Of a stretch of DNA of 64,000 nt, positions 20,103 through 30,627 are shown in pieces. The stretch lies in contig OZ243938.1 in NCBI GenBank assembly GCA_965214095.1, positions 1,280,001 to 1,344,000 of the forward strand. Direction: 5' to 3'. Position 1 is the first letter of the stretch; every line of letters starts with the position of its first letter. The notes under the pieces were generated by a model that saw only the letters and a list, made by a program, of their open reading frames with translations, was not told the DNA's origin and ran no database searches. The translations under genes and the position numbers were made by a program. The stretch is from Candidatus Poribacteria bacterium. Its GTDB lineage: Bacteria > Poribacteria > WGA-4E > WGA-3G.

Positions 20103-22252
20103 TCTGATATCTCAAATAGTGTCTCATCAATCTCTGTGTTTATCTTAACACTTGTGGTACGACTATTAATGTATGGATTTCCACCTATATTCTGTAAAAA
20201 ACCAAAAGCGATTTTAATTCCATTTACATCACGAAAATCAGAATAGATGTTCTCTTTGTTCAGCGTTACGCCTTGTTCTGTTTCGCGATAGACAAGTTTA
20301 ACTATATAATTTGTTTCTTCACTGATATATATCTTTAACATTTCACCTGAAGGTTGTTCAGTGACCAGAATGGAAGCGGGTGTGCCATTGACTTCTTCAG
20401 AACCTGCAAATTGTATCTGCGCGGATTCGTTCTGAGAAAGATGTTCAAGGAGTTGTATCGGGTCTCTAAATAACGCATCCTTTAAAGAAGTTGATATTTC
20501 AGGTGGCAGCCGTTCTGTTTCCATCATTGAAGAGACATAAGCAGCTTCACCATCATAAATAAGACTAAATTCTCCCTGAGGTGTTTTGACATCTTGACGG
20601 TATTTGTCAGGATAAAGGACATACATACCAATTTGCAAGACTGTTGGTCCTGCGGGTGTCATCATTGTGTTATCTGCTTTTAAAACAAAGTTATCTACTG
20701 CCTTCAACAGATCAATTCCTCCATGCGCCTCAACGGTTGCTGCAAGAATCTCACGTGCCTTAGCAATATCATCATCACTTGCATCGGGAATTGGTTCTGC
20801 AGGAGTAGGTTCAGGTTGTTTAATTTCAATAACATTTACTTCACCAAATTCACTCAGTGGTCTATCAAAGTTATCTTGATTTCCCACAGCAACAATTGTT
20901 AGTGCGTCTGGATGTAAATATTTCTGTGCGACTGTCTGCACGTCTTCCACAGTTACATTGGCGATTTTGTCCGTATAAGTTTCAAGGTAATCTGGAGCGA
21001 ATCCACGGAAATCTAACATCATTTGCTGGAATGCAATTTGAGAACTACTTTCAAAACTAAACACAAAAGAATTGATGAGTGAGTCCTTGGTGCGTTGTAA
21101 TTCATCTGATGGTACTGTGTTTTCTCGTAAATCACTGACAACTTTGATGATGAGTTCAATAGCTTCGGCAGTTTTCTCTGTTCGTGTTTGTGTGTAAGCA
21201 AACCATTCACCAGGATTCGTGTAGAAACTCATTGACATCAAACTACCGACCATATAAGCAAGCCCATGTTTTTCTCGTACCTCTGACATCAGACGGGAAG
21301 TGAATCCACCTTCACCCAGAATCTCATTCATCACACGGAGTGCGAAGAAATCAGGAAAATCTGGAGTGCGTTTGATACCGAAGTGTCCAATCAACATTGT
21401 TGTCTGCGGTAGTTCTTTGTGAATATAGTTAACTGAAGGAATTGGAGCATCTTCTACTTCAGCAACATTTGGCAATTCTACATCTGACATTTCCCATCCC
21501 TCAAATGCTTTTTCAAGCTGTGTGATTAATGTTTCAGTGTCAAAATCACCAGTTATTGCAAGCATGATATTGTTAGGATGGTAATAATTTTTATGGAAGG
21601 TCTTGAGATCATCTACTGTAATGCTATCAACAGTTTCTATTTCAGAATACCAACCGAATGGATGATCTTTCCCGTATAGAATAGTGGAGAAATTACGCCA
21701 GGCTAATTGTATCGGATTGTCATTCCTTCTCCGTATAGCTTCAATCGCTTGCTGTTTTCTGAGTTCTAATTTTTCTTCTCTAAATGCTGGATTTCGTAGG
21801 ACATCTGCAAAGATTTCCAATCCTTTTTCAATATCCTCTGCCATTGTAGAGAGACTAACTGATCCGTATTCAGGCGACATGCCAATCTCAACCGAAGCTG
21901 CCATTGATTCCAGTTCTTCGTTTAAAGCGTCCGGTTCGCGTGTAATAGTTCCACCGGTACGCATGACACTTGCAAAAACAGATGCTAATCCAATTTTGTC
22001 TGCTGGATCGTAAATGGTTCCTGTTTTGACAAGTCCACTAATGTCAAACACTGGTAATTCATGGTCTTCAAGTAGATATAACACCATTCCATTTGAAAGC
22101 ACATGTTTTTCTGGCACTGGCGGTTTGAAATTAATAGGTTCAAATTCAAGTTCTTCATGTGGTTTCGCATGAGTGGGTAGTGTCCCCCATGCGACCAAAC
22201 AAGTAAATAGTGTGACTATAACAAGTATTTTAGTAAGTTGTTTTTTTCTCAT
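20099..22252 (-). CDS. M16 (pitrilysin-like) peptidase non-catalytic subunit with an extra C-terminal beta domain
   Basis: LSNGM.LYL.EDHELP and SRL..EVREK.GLAY, no HxxEH; signal peptide; ~230-aa C-terminal extension. Confidence 0.85.
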   Translation of the reverse strand: MRKKQLTKILVIVTLFTCLVAWGTLPTHAKPHEELEFEPINFKPPVPEKHVLSNGMVLYLLEDHELPVFDISGLVKTGTIYDPADKIGLASVFASVMRTGGTITREPDALNEELESMAASVEIGMSPEYGSVSLSTMAEDIEKGLEIFADVLRNPAFREEKLELRKQQAIEAIRRRNDNPIQLAWRNFSTILYGKDHPFGWYSEIETVDSITVDDLKTFHKNYYHPNNIMLAITGDFDTETLITQLEKAFEGWEMSDVELPNVAEVEDAPIPSVNYIHKELPQTTMLIGHFGIKRTPDFPDFFALRVMNEILGEGGFTSRLMSEVREKHGLAYMVGSLMSMSFYTNPGEWFAYTQTRTEKTAEAIELIIKVVSDLRENTVPSDELQRTKDSLINSFVFSFESSSQIAFQQMMLDFRGFAPDYLETYTDKIANVTVEDVQTVAQKYLHPDALTIVAVGNQDNFDRPLSEFGEVNVIEIKQPEPTPAEPIPDASDDDIAKAREILAATVEAHGGIDLLKAVDNFVLKADNTMMTPAGPTVLQIGMYVLYPDKYRQDVKTPQGEFSLIYDGEAAYVSSMMETERLPPEISTSLKDALFRDPIQLLEHLSQNESAQIQFAGSEEVNGTPASILVTEQPSGEMLKIYISEETNYIVKLVYRETEQGVTLNKENIYSDFRDVNGIKIAFGFLQNIGGNPYINSRTTSVKINTEIDETLFEISE

Positions 22253-23769
22253 TCACTTTCCTCCATGTCAACCATATCCTCTTGTGGCTCTGTTTCCTTC
22301 TTAACAAGCGTTGCAACGGTGCGATTACTCTTTTTGAAATAGGTTTTTGCAACTCTCATGATGTCATCAGGTGTAATTTCATACATCTTCTTTCGCCAAT
22401 CAAGTATATATCTCCAGTCACCAGCAATCCCTTCGTAAAAGGCAAGTTGATTTGCCATACCTGCATTTGAACTCAGTGCACGGATAAAACTTGCATCAAT
22501 TTGTTTGAGGATACGTTTGAATTCCTTTTCTTCAACGGGTTCTGTTTTGAGTTTCTCTAATTCAGTGTAAATTGCTTCTTCTACTTCCACAGTTGTGTTC
22601 GGTGAACGAGGTGCAGCACTGATAACAAAGAGATTGTCGTAACGAGCACCAGGGTATCCATTGATTGAATTAACAGAAACAGCAATACTTTCTTCAACGA
22701 TATTTTTGTAAAAACGGGATGTTCGACCATCTGATAGGATCGCGCTTATCATATCAAGCACATAATCATCAAAATGTGGAATTGTTGGTTTATGGAAGCC
22801 AATCATCATCTGCGGTTCAGCGTCAAATTCAACTTCAACCCTACGTTCACCTTCTTGTGCGGGTTCTCGTACAGTAACCTCATCAGGCAGTGGTTGCGAT
22901 GGAATATCACCAAAATATTTGTCAATCAATTTGATTGTATTTTCTATGTTAATATCTCCAACGATGACCATAACGGAGTTGTTTGGTGCATAATGTATTT
23001 TGAAAAATTCTTCTGCTTTATTACGATTGAGCATTGCAATGTCGGAGGGCCATCCAATGATCGGCATGCCGTAAGGATGTGCTGTGAAAGACGCAGCAAT
23101 AAACTGCTCATATAATTTTCCACCCGGACGCGTATCTACTGCCATTCGTCGTTCTTCTTTGACTGCTTCTCGTTCAACATAAAATTCGCGTAGTACAGCA
23201 TTCTTAAGTCTATCTGACTCGAGCATCGCCCATAATTCTAACTTGTTTGAAGGAAGTTCGACCGTATAAATAGTGTAGTCAACTGAGGTACCAGCATTGA
23301 ATCCTGTGCTTCCGTGTTGTGTATAGATTTTTGTGTACTCGCCAGAGACAATCCATTCTTTTGCGGCTTCCTGTTTTGCCACAAGTGCTTCCTCTAATTC
23401 TGTGATTTTTGCATCATCTGCTTTTGCACCTTTTGCCCGTTCTTTATCAAGTGCATCACCTATTTCGTCTATTTCTGTAAGTACCTTTTTTTCTTTTTCA
23501 TAATCTGTGGTACCGATAGTCTTTGTGCCTTTGAACAGCATATGCTCAAGCATGTGTGCTATACCGCGTGCATCGTCAGACTCATCAACCGCTCCTGCTT
23601 TAAACAGTATATATGGTGCAACGGTCGGAGAAGTATGACGTTCAATCATCAACAACTTTAGTCCATTGTCAAACTGATGTTCTACAACCCGGTCTGCAAG
23701 ATTTTGCGCTGAAACCATTCCGCAAACAAAAAATAGTAATAGAATCAGCATTGATCTTATCTGTTTCAT
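22249..23769 (-). CDS. M16 zinc peptidase catalytic subunit
   Basis: GIAHMLEHMLFKGT inverzincin motif, FNAGTS.DYT.Y, EERR and HPY..PIIGW. Confidence 0.93.
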   Translation of the reverse strand: MKQIRSMLILLLFFVCGMVSAQNLADRVVEHQFDNGLKLLMIERHTSPTVAPYILFKAGAVDESDDARGIAHMLEHMLFKGTKTIGTTDYEKEKKVLTEIDEIGDALDKERAKGAKADDAKITELEEALVAKQEAAKEWIVSGEYTKIYTQHGSTGFNAGTSVDYTIYTVELPSNKLELWAMLESDRLKNAVLREFYVEREAVKEERRMAVDTRPGGKLYEQFIAASFTAHPYGMPIIGWPSDIAMLNRNKAEEFFKIHYAPNNSVMVIVGDINIENTIKLIDKYFGDIPSQPLPDEVTVREPAQEGERRVEVEFDAEPQMMIGFHKPTIPHFDDYVLDMISAILSDGRTSRFYKNIVEESIAVSVNSINGYPGARYDNLFVISAAPRSPNTTVEVEEAIYTELEKLKTEPVEEKEFKRILKQIDASFIRALSSNAGMANQLAFYEGIAGDWRYILDWRKKMYEITPDDIMRVAKTYFKKSNRTVATLVKKETEPQEDMVDMEESE

Positions 23770-23851
23770 TTAATCTTTACGGCAACTTTAATCAGTCTAA
23801 ATGACAATCTGTGCCGTTCCTTTCTGTAATATAAAATAAATGTTGTTATAC

Positions 23852-23885
23852 AAAAAGAAGTCCCGATATTAAACCGGAACTTCTT
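23852..23885 (-). terminator. Rho-independent terminator of the rubredoxin-like gene
   Basis: Minus strand AAGAAGTTCCG-loop-CGGGACTTCTT followed by a T-run, just after the stop at 23890. Confidence 0.75.
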
Positions 23886-23889
23886 ACGT

Positions 23890-24147
23890 CTACTCTTTCT
23901 TAAGGTCTTCCAATAAACCAACACAAGCAAATCTTATGTGAGAAGAGAGAGCAGAGTTCTCTGCACGTAAATCTGCACCTTCTTCATCAGGATACATAAC
24001 ATGTGCCGCGACTGCGCGTTTTACCCAACGTTCTGCTCGGTCATCATAGGGAATGTATTTCTCTTTCGGAGCAGTGCATGCGGGACACTCATCTGGGGGT
24101 TCATCTGCCTCTTTCCATAAATAACCACAAGCGATACATACAAACAT
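23890..24147 (-). CDS. Rubredoxin-like domain protein
   Basis: CIACGY...PPDECPAC.A.K..Y pattern; AAGGA RBS; ~50-aa C-terminal tail. Confidence 0.8.
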   Translation of the reverse strand: MFVCIACGYLWKEADEPPDECPACTAPKEKYIPYDDRAERWVKRAVAAHVMYPDEEGADLRAENSALSSHIRFACVGLLEDLKKE

Positions 24148-24287
24148 TGTAATTTCCTTTCTTAATTTGTATTTAATTTCGTGTCAACAATACCTAAAAA
24201 ATATAAACATTACTGATGCTATTTTATCAAAATTCATATTGAAAAGCAATGAATAAAATCCAGTAGAAATTTCCGTACAAAACTGAT

Positions 24288-27200
24288 TTATTTGTCTTGA
24301 ATATCGTATATGTTCAAATCCTTGAAAGGTTTCCCATCTGTATCCGTAATTCTCAGATAAAATCCACTCGTCTTTTCCTCATTACATACTTTGACGAGAA
24401 TTGAATTTTTACCTGCTTTGAGCGTAACAGGAATTATTTCTCTGTCAAGACTGATGGTTTTATCTTCAGTATTTGCATATATTTCTTTACCATTCAACCA
24501 CATTTTGCCTTGGTCATCACTATCGAAACGGAATTGTACTTGCCGTTCATCAGGTGAGGTGATTGTTGTCCATGCATAGGAAACACACCAATTTCCTCTT
24601 GGACTGAAATCAATATAACCGTCAAAAGCATCGTCATTGAATTTCAACCACTTAATTTGTTCATTTACACCTTCAAAGTTTGCTATCCTATCTAACTGTG
24701 TAGAATCCTCAGAGAAATATTCTGTGTTGTATCCTATTCCTGCTGTGTTATCAAAAGGTCCGAGAGTTATCCAGACATTTTCAGCAACAATACCAGTTTG
24801 CTGCATCATTTTCATTGCTTTGTCCTGCATGTTGTTCTGACTATAGTATTTTGCTAATCCGAGTTTTACAAGTATTCGGTTAATTTCTATACGATGACTT
24901 GTGTATTCAGATGGAATGGAATCTGCCAACGAATCCAACATTTCATAGTACCGACCTTTGTCTTTTACTTTTTTTCCATAGTCAGTAATTCTTTCCCAGA
25001 AACGACCAAATGAAGATTCATCAGAAATGATACTGATAGCATCTTTGTAGAATCTTAATGCGTCATCATACTGTCCATTTGCAATAAATGCAAGTCCAAC
25101 AGTTGCTGGATAAGAATAATTAGGATATGTATTCATATGGTATGCGCGTTTGGCTATTCTTAGGGCTGTTTCAGGAAAAAGGCTTTTATCAAGGAGTTTT
25201 AATACAAAGTTATAGTATTGATACTCACTATTTTGCCGATTCAATTCCTTCAGTCGAATTGACAACCATTTTGCGTAAGCATTATCAGATTTTACATTTT
25301 CCCCAACTTTTTTGTAGTTTGCACCTAAGAGTTCATACAACACCGCACTGTTTTCCATTCTCGGTTCAATTCCTTCAAGTATAGGAATGATTTTGTCATC
25401 CATATCATTCTCAGAATATAGTTTGGAAATAGATCGAATAGCTGACTCGTAATCGTTCTGTCTAAATTCCATGCCTAAGACTTGTTGATATGTTTCTTCT
25501 GCATTTGCTGTTTGTCCTGCCAAGACATAAGTTTGTGCTAATTTATCGTAAAGTTGATAAGATGTTGGTTCAAGTCCGATTGCTATTTGGTAAGTTGCAA
25601 TTGATTTTACATATTGATCAGAACTTGATCTGTCAAAGATTGGACGTGAGTAGGATGCAATTTTAGCATTCCCGATGAGCTTACCATCGTTTTTATTTGG
25701 CGAGGAATCAATGATACTACCATTCTCTTCTTCGTCAAATGTCCAGTATCCGACTAAACCGGGATCATCTCCGTTCAACTGTCTATTCATATCTGCCCGA
25801 ATTTCTTCTTCAGACCGAGGTTTGTTCCACACACGTACTTCATCAATCTGACCGATAAAAGATGTATTTTGCACTTGGTCTGGGATATGTGTAACTCCTA
25901 TACGGAGCGGGAGACGACAACTAACGAAACTATTTTGCCCATTGTAATGTCTTTGGCCAACAATATTACCGTCAATGAATAACTTCATATAATCTTTCTT
26001 TGAATCAATGACACCTGCGATATGAGTCCACCTGTTGAGTTTAATGAGGCCAGGCTCAGAATAAAGTGATGCATATCCCCCATCTTTAGGTGATGAAGTT
26101 ATTTTAAGTTTACCATCCGCTCTAATAGCAAGTATGTAACTCCGTTGCCTAATATTCTGTTTCTTTTCATCGCTTCTGAAAATGATACGCACATAATAGT
26201 TTGGAAAGCTGGTTGGCTTAATCCATGCAGACACCGTTACTTGATCCGTTATTTTATCTAAAGACTCACTGTCATTCATTTCTACATAACTGCCATTGCC
26301 ACTGAGTGTCAGTGCTGTTCCTTCATGTATTTCACCTGTTTCATGCCTTTTTGGCAACATTGTCTGATAATAATGACCGAGTTTTTTATACCACTCAGGA
26401 TTTTCAGATTCAAGTTCAACAAGTCTTTCATACTGGGTTACTGCTTCTTCGATATTGCCATTAGCTACATAACTTTCAGCAAGTTCTAAGATGTATTCTA
26501 TATTGTTTGGATTTTCCGTTACTTTCTTAATCTGTTCTGGTATCCATTTTTCATAAAGTTTCCCTTCCTTTGCTATTTTTTTCATTTCAGGTTCTGCTGT
26601 TCTTTTTATGTAATTGCGTTCATCAAATTTTATGGCGTTTTGATATGTTTTGTACGCTTCTTCATACTGTTTTGCCCCATGATAACTCTTCGCAAGGATA
26701 TTATAGTAATAATTCAAACCCCATTTGTTATCTCTTTTTTCTTCTTCAGTGATTGCATCATTTGCAAGTTTAATCGCTGCGTCGTACATTTTGTTTTTTT
26801 GACAGATTGTAGCCATTGCTCCGAGAAATGATGTATCACGTTTATGTTTGCTGGATGCAAGTGCTGTGTATGCTTGGTTCAATATCTCCATTGCCTTATC
26901 AGATTGATTGATTTTCTGATAAGCAACAGCAGCGAGATATAAACTACGGACATTTTGGGGTTCTGCTTCATTGAGCAGTTGATATGTTTCAGCAGATTTT
27001 TGGTGTTCCTCTGCATTCCAATAAATCTCTGCGAGCATTTCAATTACAATAGGATTTGCAGTATCCTTCTCGTATTTACCCTTGAATATGGATTTTATTT
27101 CATCAAGTTTCCCTTGATTCTTATAAGCATTTATCAGTGATTTACGAATTTCATCTCCACCAAAAGTAGTTGTAATACCACCAGAACCGTATGTTGAACT

Positions 27201-28148
27201 TGTTGTTGTGTTTCTTGGAAACTTCTTTGATTCAGAATCATAGAATGTTATTGCTAAATCTGTTCTTCCTTGTTTTATGTATGCTTTGATCAATGATTCA
27301 GCAACTCTATTTCTTGCGTATTGATCTCGTGTCATATCAAGTGCTTTACCATAAGCTTCAGCAGCTTTTTCAAATTCACCGTTACTAAGGTGGATATGTC
27401 CAAGTTCTTTTTGCAATTCTATTGAATTGTTGTCTTCATCATCTGCTTTCAGTAGTTTCTGTGCCAAATTACCTTGAGAACGGTATAGGTTTATCAATCG
27501 TTTTTCAATACTCTGTCGATCCCAATCTGATGATGCGACTAAAATAGCATTTTTCAATGCATTTTCCGATCCTTCAACATTATCCATAACATAATATAGT
27601 TCTGCAAATTTAAGATGTATATCTTTGTCACCATATCCTAATTCAGTTGCTTTTTCATAGTTTTTGATAGCTTCGTCCTCGTTCTCAATGTCAACATATA
27701 GTGTTGCAAGGCGTGCGTAATGGATACCAACATCAGGCTGCATTTGGATGTATGCCTCTATGATTTCTATTGCTTCATCATCTCTGCCATCTGCTTTTAG
27801 ACTATTTATCAAGGATTCTTGATACTTGGTGTTATCTGGGTCAATTTCAATCAGTCTCTCCCAGATTTGTGCAGCTTTTTCGTGATTTTTTGTTCGTGTA
27901 TAGAGTGTTGCGAGTTTCGTGTGCGATTCAAGATTTTTAGGATCTGCCTTTATAATTCGTTCATATAATTCTATCGCATCGTCAATTTTGTTTTGCTTCT
28001 CAAAATCTTCTGCCATTTTGATAAATTCTTGAAAAACTGCTTGTTTTCCTTCGATGTTATTTTCGTCTGCAGCAAGTTTAACCAAAAAGCAAGACGCAGC
28101 AATTATCACAAGTACAACTACGAAGTAAGATGTTTTCAGACCTGTCAT
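24288..28148 (-). CDS. Secreted TPR-repeat protein with an internal LamG domain and a C-terminal beta-sandwich
   Basis: Many TPR motifs. LamG signatures TVSAWIKP, WTHIAG, G.IDEVRVWN and LVGYWTFDE. C-terminal W...GPF...SDD..K.WLNG...L.AG.N.ILVK domain. Confidence 0.85.
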   Translation of the reverse strand: MTGLKTSYFVVVLVIIAASCFLVKLAADENNIEGKQAVFQEFIKMAEDFEKQNKIDDAIELYERIIKADPKNLESHTKLATLYTRTKNHEKAAQIWERLIEIDPDNTKYQESLINSLKADGRDDEAIEIIEAYIQMQPDVGIHYARLATLYVDIENEDEAIKNYEKATELGYGDKDIHLKFAELYYVMDNVEGSENALKNAILVASSDWDRQSIEKRLINLYRSQGNLAQKLLKADDEDNNSIELQKELGHIHLSNGEFEKAAEAYGKALDMTRDQYARNRVAESLIKAYIKQGRTDLAITFYDSESKKFPRNTTTSSTYGSGGITTTFGGDEIRKSLINAYKNQGKLDEIKSIFKGKYEKDTANPIVIEMLAEIYWNAEEHQKSAETYQLLNEAEPQNVRSLYLAAVAYQKINQSDKAMEILNQAYTALASSKHKRDTSFLGAMATICQKNKMYDAAIKLANDAITEEEKRDNKWGLNYYYNILAKSYHGAKQYEEAYKTYQNAIKFDERNYIKRTAEPEMKKIAKEGKLYEKWIPEQIKKVTENPNNIEYILELAESYVANGNIEEAVTQYERLVELESENPEWYKKLGHYYQTMLPKRHETGEIHEGTALTLSGNGSYVEMNDSESLDKITDQVTVSAWIKPTSFPNYYVRIIFRSDEKKQNIRQRSYILAIRADGKLKITSSPKDGGYASLYSEPGLIKLNRWTHIAGVIDSKKDYMKLFIDGNIVGQRHYNGQNSFVSCRLPLRIGVTHIPDQVQNTSFIGQIDEVRVWNKPRSEEEIRADMNRQLNGDDPGLVGYWTFDEEENGSIIDSSPNKNDGKLIGNAKIASYSRPIFDRSSSDQYVKSIATYQIAIGLEPTSYQLYDKLAQTYVLAGQTANAEETYQQVLGMEFRQNDYESAIRSISKLYSENDMDDKIIPILEGIEPRMENSAVLYELLGANYKKVGENVKSDNAYAKWLSIRLKELNRQNSEYQYYNFVLKLLDKSLFPETALRIAKRAYHMNTYPNYSYPATVGLAFIANGQYDDALRFYKDAISIISDESSFGRFWERITDYGKKVKDKGRYYEMLDSLADSIPSEYTSHRIEINRILVKLGLAKYYSQNNMQDKAMKMMQQTGIVAENVWITLGPFDNTAGIGYNTEYFSEDSTQLDRIANFEGVNEQIKWLKFNDDAFDGYIDFSPRGNWCVSYAWTTITSPDERQVQFRFDSDDQGKMWLNGKEIYANTEDKTISLDREIIPVTLKAGKNSILVKVCNEEKTSGFYLRITDTDGKPFKDLNIYDIQDK

Positions 28149-28280
28149 TGAAATAATCTCCTTATTTGGATTCTTTATCTAAAATCTAGGCTACAAGTGT
28201 TAAGATATTATCGGATGTGTAGAGTTCTTGGACCTATATCTTAATTATGGTGTCTTGTTTTTTGTCGTAGATGTCACCAT

Positions 28281-30206
28281 TCACTCGGTATCTAAAGCGG
28301 GAAAATCCCAAAATAGGACGGTGCCATCAAGACTACCACTCGCGAGTATTTTACCATTTGGACTAAATGCCACACTAAATACAATGCTGGTATGTCCAGT
28401 AAGGATTGTGGGTGGATTATCTGTGAACATTTTCCATAAATGGACGTTAGTATCATCACCACCGCTTGCGAGTGTCTGTCCATCAGGACTGAATGCAATA
28501 CTGCGTACAGAGTTTGCATGACCTGTGAAAGTGTTTAGGTGTTCTCCTGTCTGTGGATGCCACAAACGAATGGTTTTATCACCACTGCCACTTGCCAAGA
28601 TTCGACCATCCGGATTGAAAGCAATGCTATTAACAGAACTCGTATGACCTTCAAGGAGTTGGAGTTGAACTCCTGTTGATGGATCCCACAGTCGGACTGT
28701 TGTGTCAACGCTTCCGGAGGCAAGTATTTTCCCATCCGGACTAAATGCCACACAATTAACCCAATGTGTATGTGCACCAAGCATTTGAATTTCTTTTCCT
28801 GTCTGAATATCCCATATTTTGACTGTACCATCAGCACTCGCGGTGGCAAGTGTCTTCCCATCAGGATCAAAAGTTACACACCTGACCAAATCTCTATGAC
28901 CCGAAATAGTTTGGATGCTATCATCTGCATTAGGAATAATGTGGATGGTTTTTTCTGCCATAAAATCAGGTATTAGAACAGCATCGTTTCCTCTGCCAAT
29001 TGCCAATATTTCTCCATCTGGACTGAATGTAAGATCGGTAACTCCAGTCGGGAACGTGCTCAATTCATCTGATGCCAGAGCAATTCTGTTGAGTCGGTCT
29101 CCTGCTTCTGTATCCCACAGTCGTATGACATTATCCTTGCCGCGACTTGCCAAAACCTTGCTATCGGGACTGAAAGCGACACTATAAATAACATCTGGGT
29201 ACTCAGCGAGAATACGTAGGTGTTTCCCCGAATCTACATCCCATAGACGAACCGTTCCATCTAAACCCTCACTCGCAAGTGTTTTTCCATTCGGACCGAA
29301 AACAACGTTCTCAACCCTTGATGTATGTCCCTTGAGCAGACTTTGCTGTTCACCAGTCTCTACATCCCACAGGCGTATTGTTGTGTCATCACTACAACTT
29401 GCCAGCAATTCTTCATCTGGACTGAATGCAATGCTACGAACCCAATCATTGTGACCTGAGTAAGTCCCGATTGTCTTACCTGTGTTTGTATCCCATAGGA
29501 TAACATTCATGTCATTTCCACCACTTGCAACCATCTTTCCATCTGGATGAAACGCCACGCTATTCACAGGAACACTTGTACGGCAAGTTAAATTGTTGTC
29601 TGAATTTGAAGCTTCGGTCTGTAATGACCATATACATACAGTTCCATCTTCACTACCACTTGCGATCAACTTTCCATCCTGACTGTACGCCACGCTATTG
29701 ATTTTGTCGGTGTGTCCAAAAAACAAATGTAGTTGTTCGCCAGTGATTAAATCCCACACCTGTACTATACCGTCTGTTGCTCCACTCACAAGTGTCGTAC
29801 CCTCTGGACCGAAAGCGACACTAGAGACAATACCAGAATGACCAATGAGTCTGTTTATCAGTTCACCTGTCTCAACATCCCAAAGTATGACAGTGGAGTC
29901 AGCCCCAGCACTTGCTATAAATCTTGCGTCAGGACTATAGCGAACACTCCAGACAGCACTCTCATTGTCTGTAAGCAACTTGAGAGCTTCACCTGTTTCA
30001 ATATCATGAATCCAAATGCCATTTTTGCCTCCAACAGCAATATGTTTGCCATCAGGAGCGTAATCTATCGCCGTGCTCCAACCATTGCCAAGACGCATGA
30101 CAGCATTCTTAGGTAAAGGTAGGTGCGTAGTTTGAGCGAAACCTTGTATTATAAAACAGAATATTGCTAACACAATGGTTAATATTAAAATTATAGCCTT
30201 TTTCAT
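28281..30206 (-). CDS. Secreted WD40-repeat protein
   Basis: More than 12 GH...V.SVAFSPDG..LASGS.D.T..LWD repeats; signal peptide; LP..A..RLG.G N-terminal motif. Confidence 0.92.
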   Translation of the reverse strand: MKKAIILILTIVLAIFCFIIQGFAQTTHLPLPKNAVMRLGNGWSTAIDYAPDGKHIAVGGKNGIWIHDIETGEALKLLTDNESAVWSVRYSPDARFIASAGADSTVILWDVETGELINRLIGHSGIVSSVAFGPEGTTLVSGATDGIVQVWDLITGEQLHLFFGHTDKINSVAYSQDGKLIASGSEDGTVCIWSLQTEASNSDNNLTCRTSVPVNSVAFHPDGKMVASGGNDMNVILWDTNTGKTIGTYSGHNDWVRSIAFSPDEELLASCSDDTTIRLWDVETGEQQSLLKGHTSRVENVVFGPNGKTLASEGLDGTVRLWDVDSGKHLRILAEYPDVIYSVAFSPDSKVLASRGKDNVIRLWDTEAGDRLNRIALASDELSTFPTGVTDLTFSPDGEILAIGRGNDAVLIPDFMAEKTIHIIPNADDSIQTISGHRDLVRCVTFDPDGKTLATASADGTVKIWDIQTGKEIQMLGAHTHWVNCVAFSPDGKILASGSVDTTVRLWDPSTGVQLQLLEGHTSSVNSIAFNPDGRILASGSGDKTIRLWHPQTGEHLNTFTGHANSVRSIAFSPDGQTLASGGDDTNVHLWKMFTDNPPTILTGHTSIVFSVAFSPNGKILASGSLDGTVLFWDFPALDTE

Positions 30207-30377
30207 ATTTTTGTTCTCCATTGAGTGTGTATTACTTGTATATTATTCTATTCGGGAATGGTTCAATTTTTTTATAGAAAGTGTTATGAATATCTGCATT
30301 GTCAGTGGACGTAGAAGGACAACTTTCATGTATGAGTAGGCAAATATTCACATTAGTTTATGCATCTTATTATAATC

Positions 30378-30440
30378 TAACGTGAGTTCGGAATATTTGC
30401 TGTAGGTTGGGTTGAGGGACGAATTATCAAACTCAGGTTA
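30378..30440. mobile_element. 63-bp degenerate MITE containing half of a GTAG REP
   Basis: TIRs TAACGTGAGTTCG / CAAACTCAGGTTA (11/13) enclose GTAGGTTGGGTTGAGGGACGAA, which resembles the REP at 13329. Confidence 0.55.
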
Positions 30441-30552
30441 TTTGTGCTATTTGCATGCTGAAAATAGATGCCATAATCAAACAATTTGATTATAACATGA
30501 CGTTGCCTCTCATGCAAGCAAATCACGACTTAGTTGCTGAGATTATAGAACC

Positions 30553-30581
30553 TTGACATATAATACTTTCACTGCTATCAT
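30553..30581 (+). promoter_or_regulatory. Sigma70-type promoter
   Basis: TTGACA-17-TATCAT with a TG extension, upstream of a GAGGAG RBS and ATG 30628. Confidence 0.65.
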
Positions 30582-30627
30582 AATATAATACAAATTGAGT
30601 ATGAACTATCAGTATGAGGAGCGATGT

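Noticed and set aside
28200-28244. TTAAGATAT/ATATCTTAA inverted repeat between the WD40 and TPR genes
   Set aside because: It is short and AT-rich, and plausible by chance at this base composition.
30530-30570. GCTGAGA...GAACCTTGA resembling a TPP riboswitch core
   Set aside because: It lacks the P1/P2 pairing and the 3' GCGNAGG, and it overlaps a clear -35/-10 promoter.
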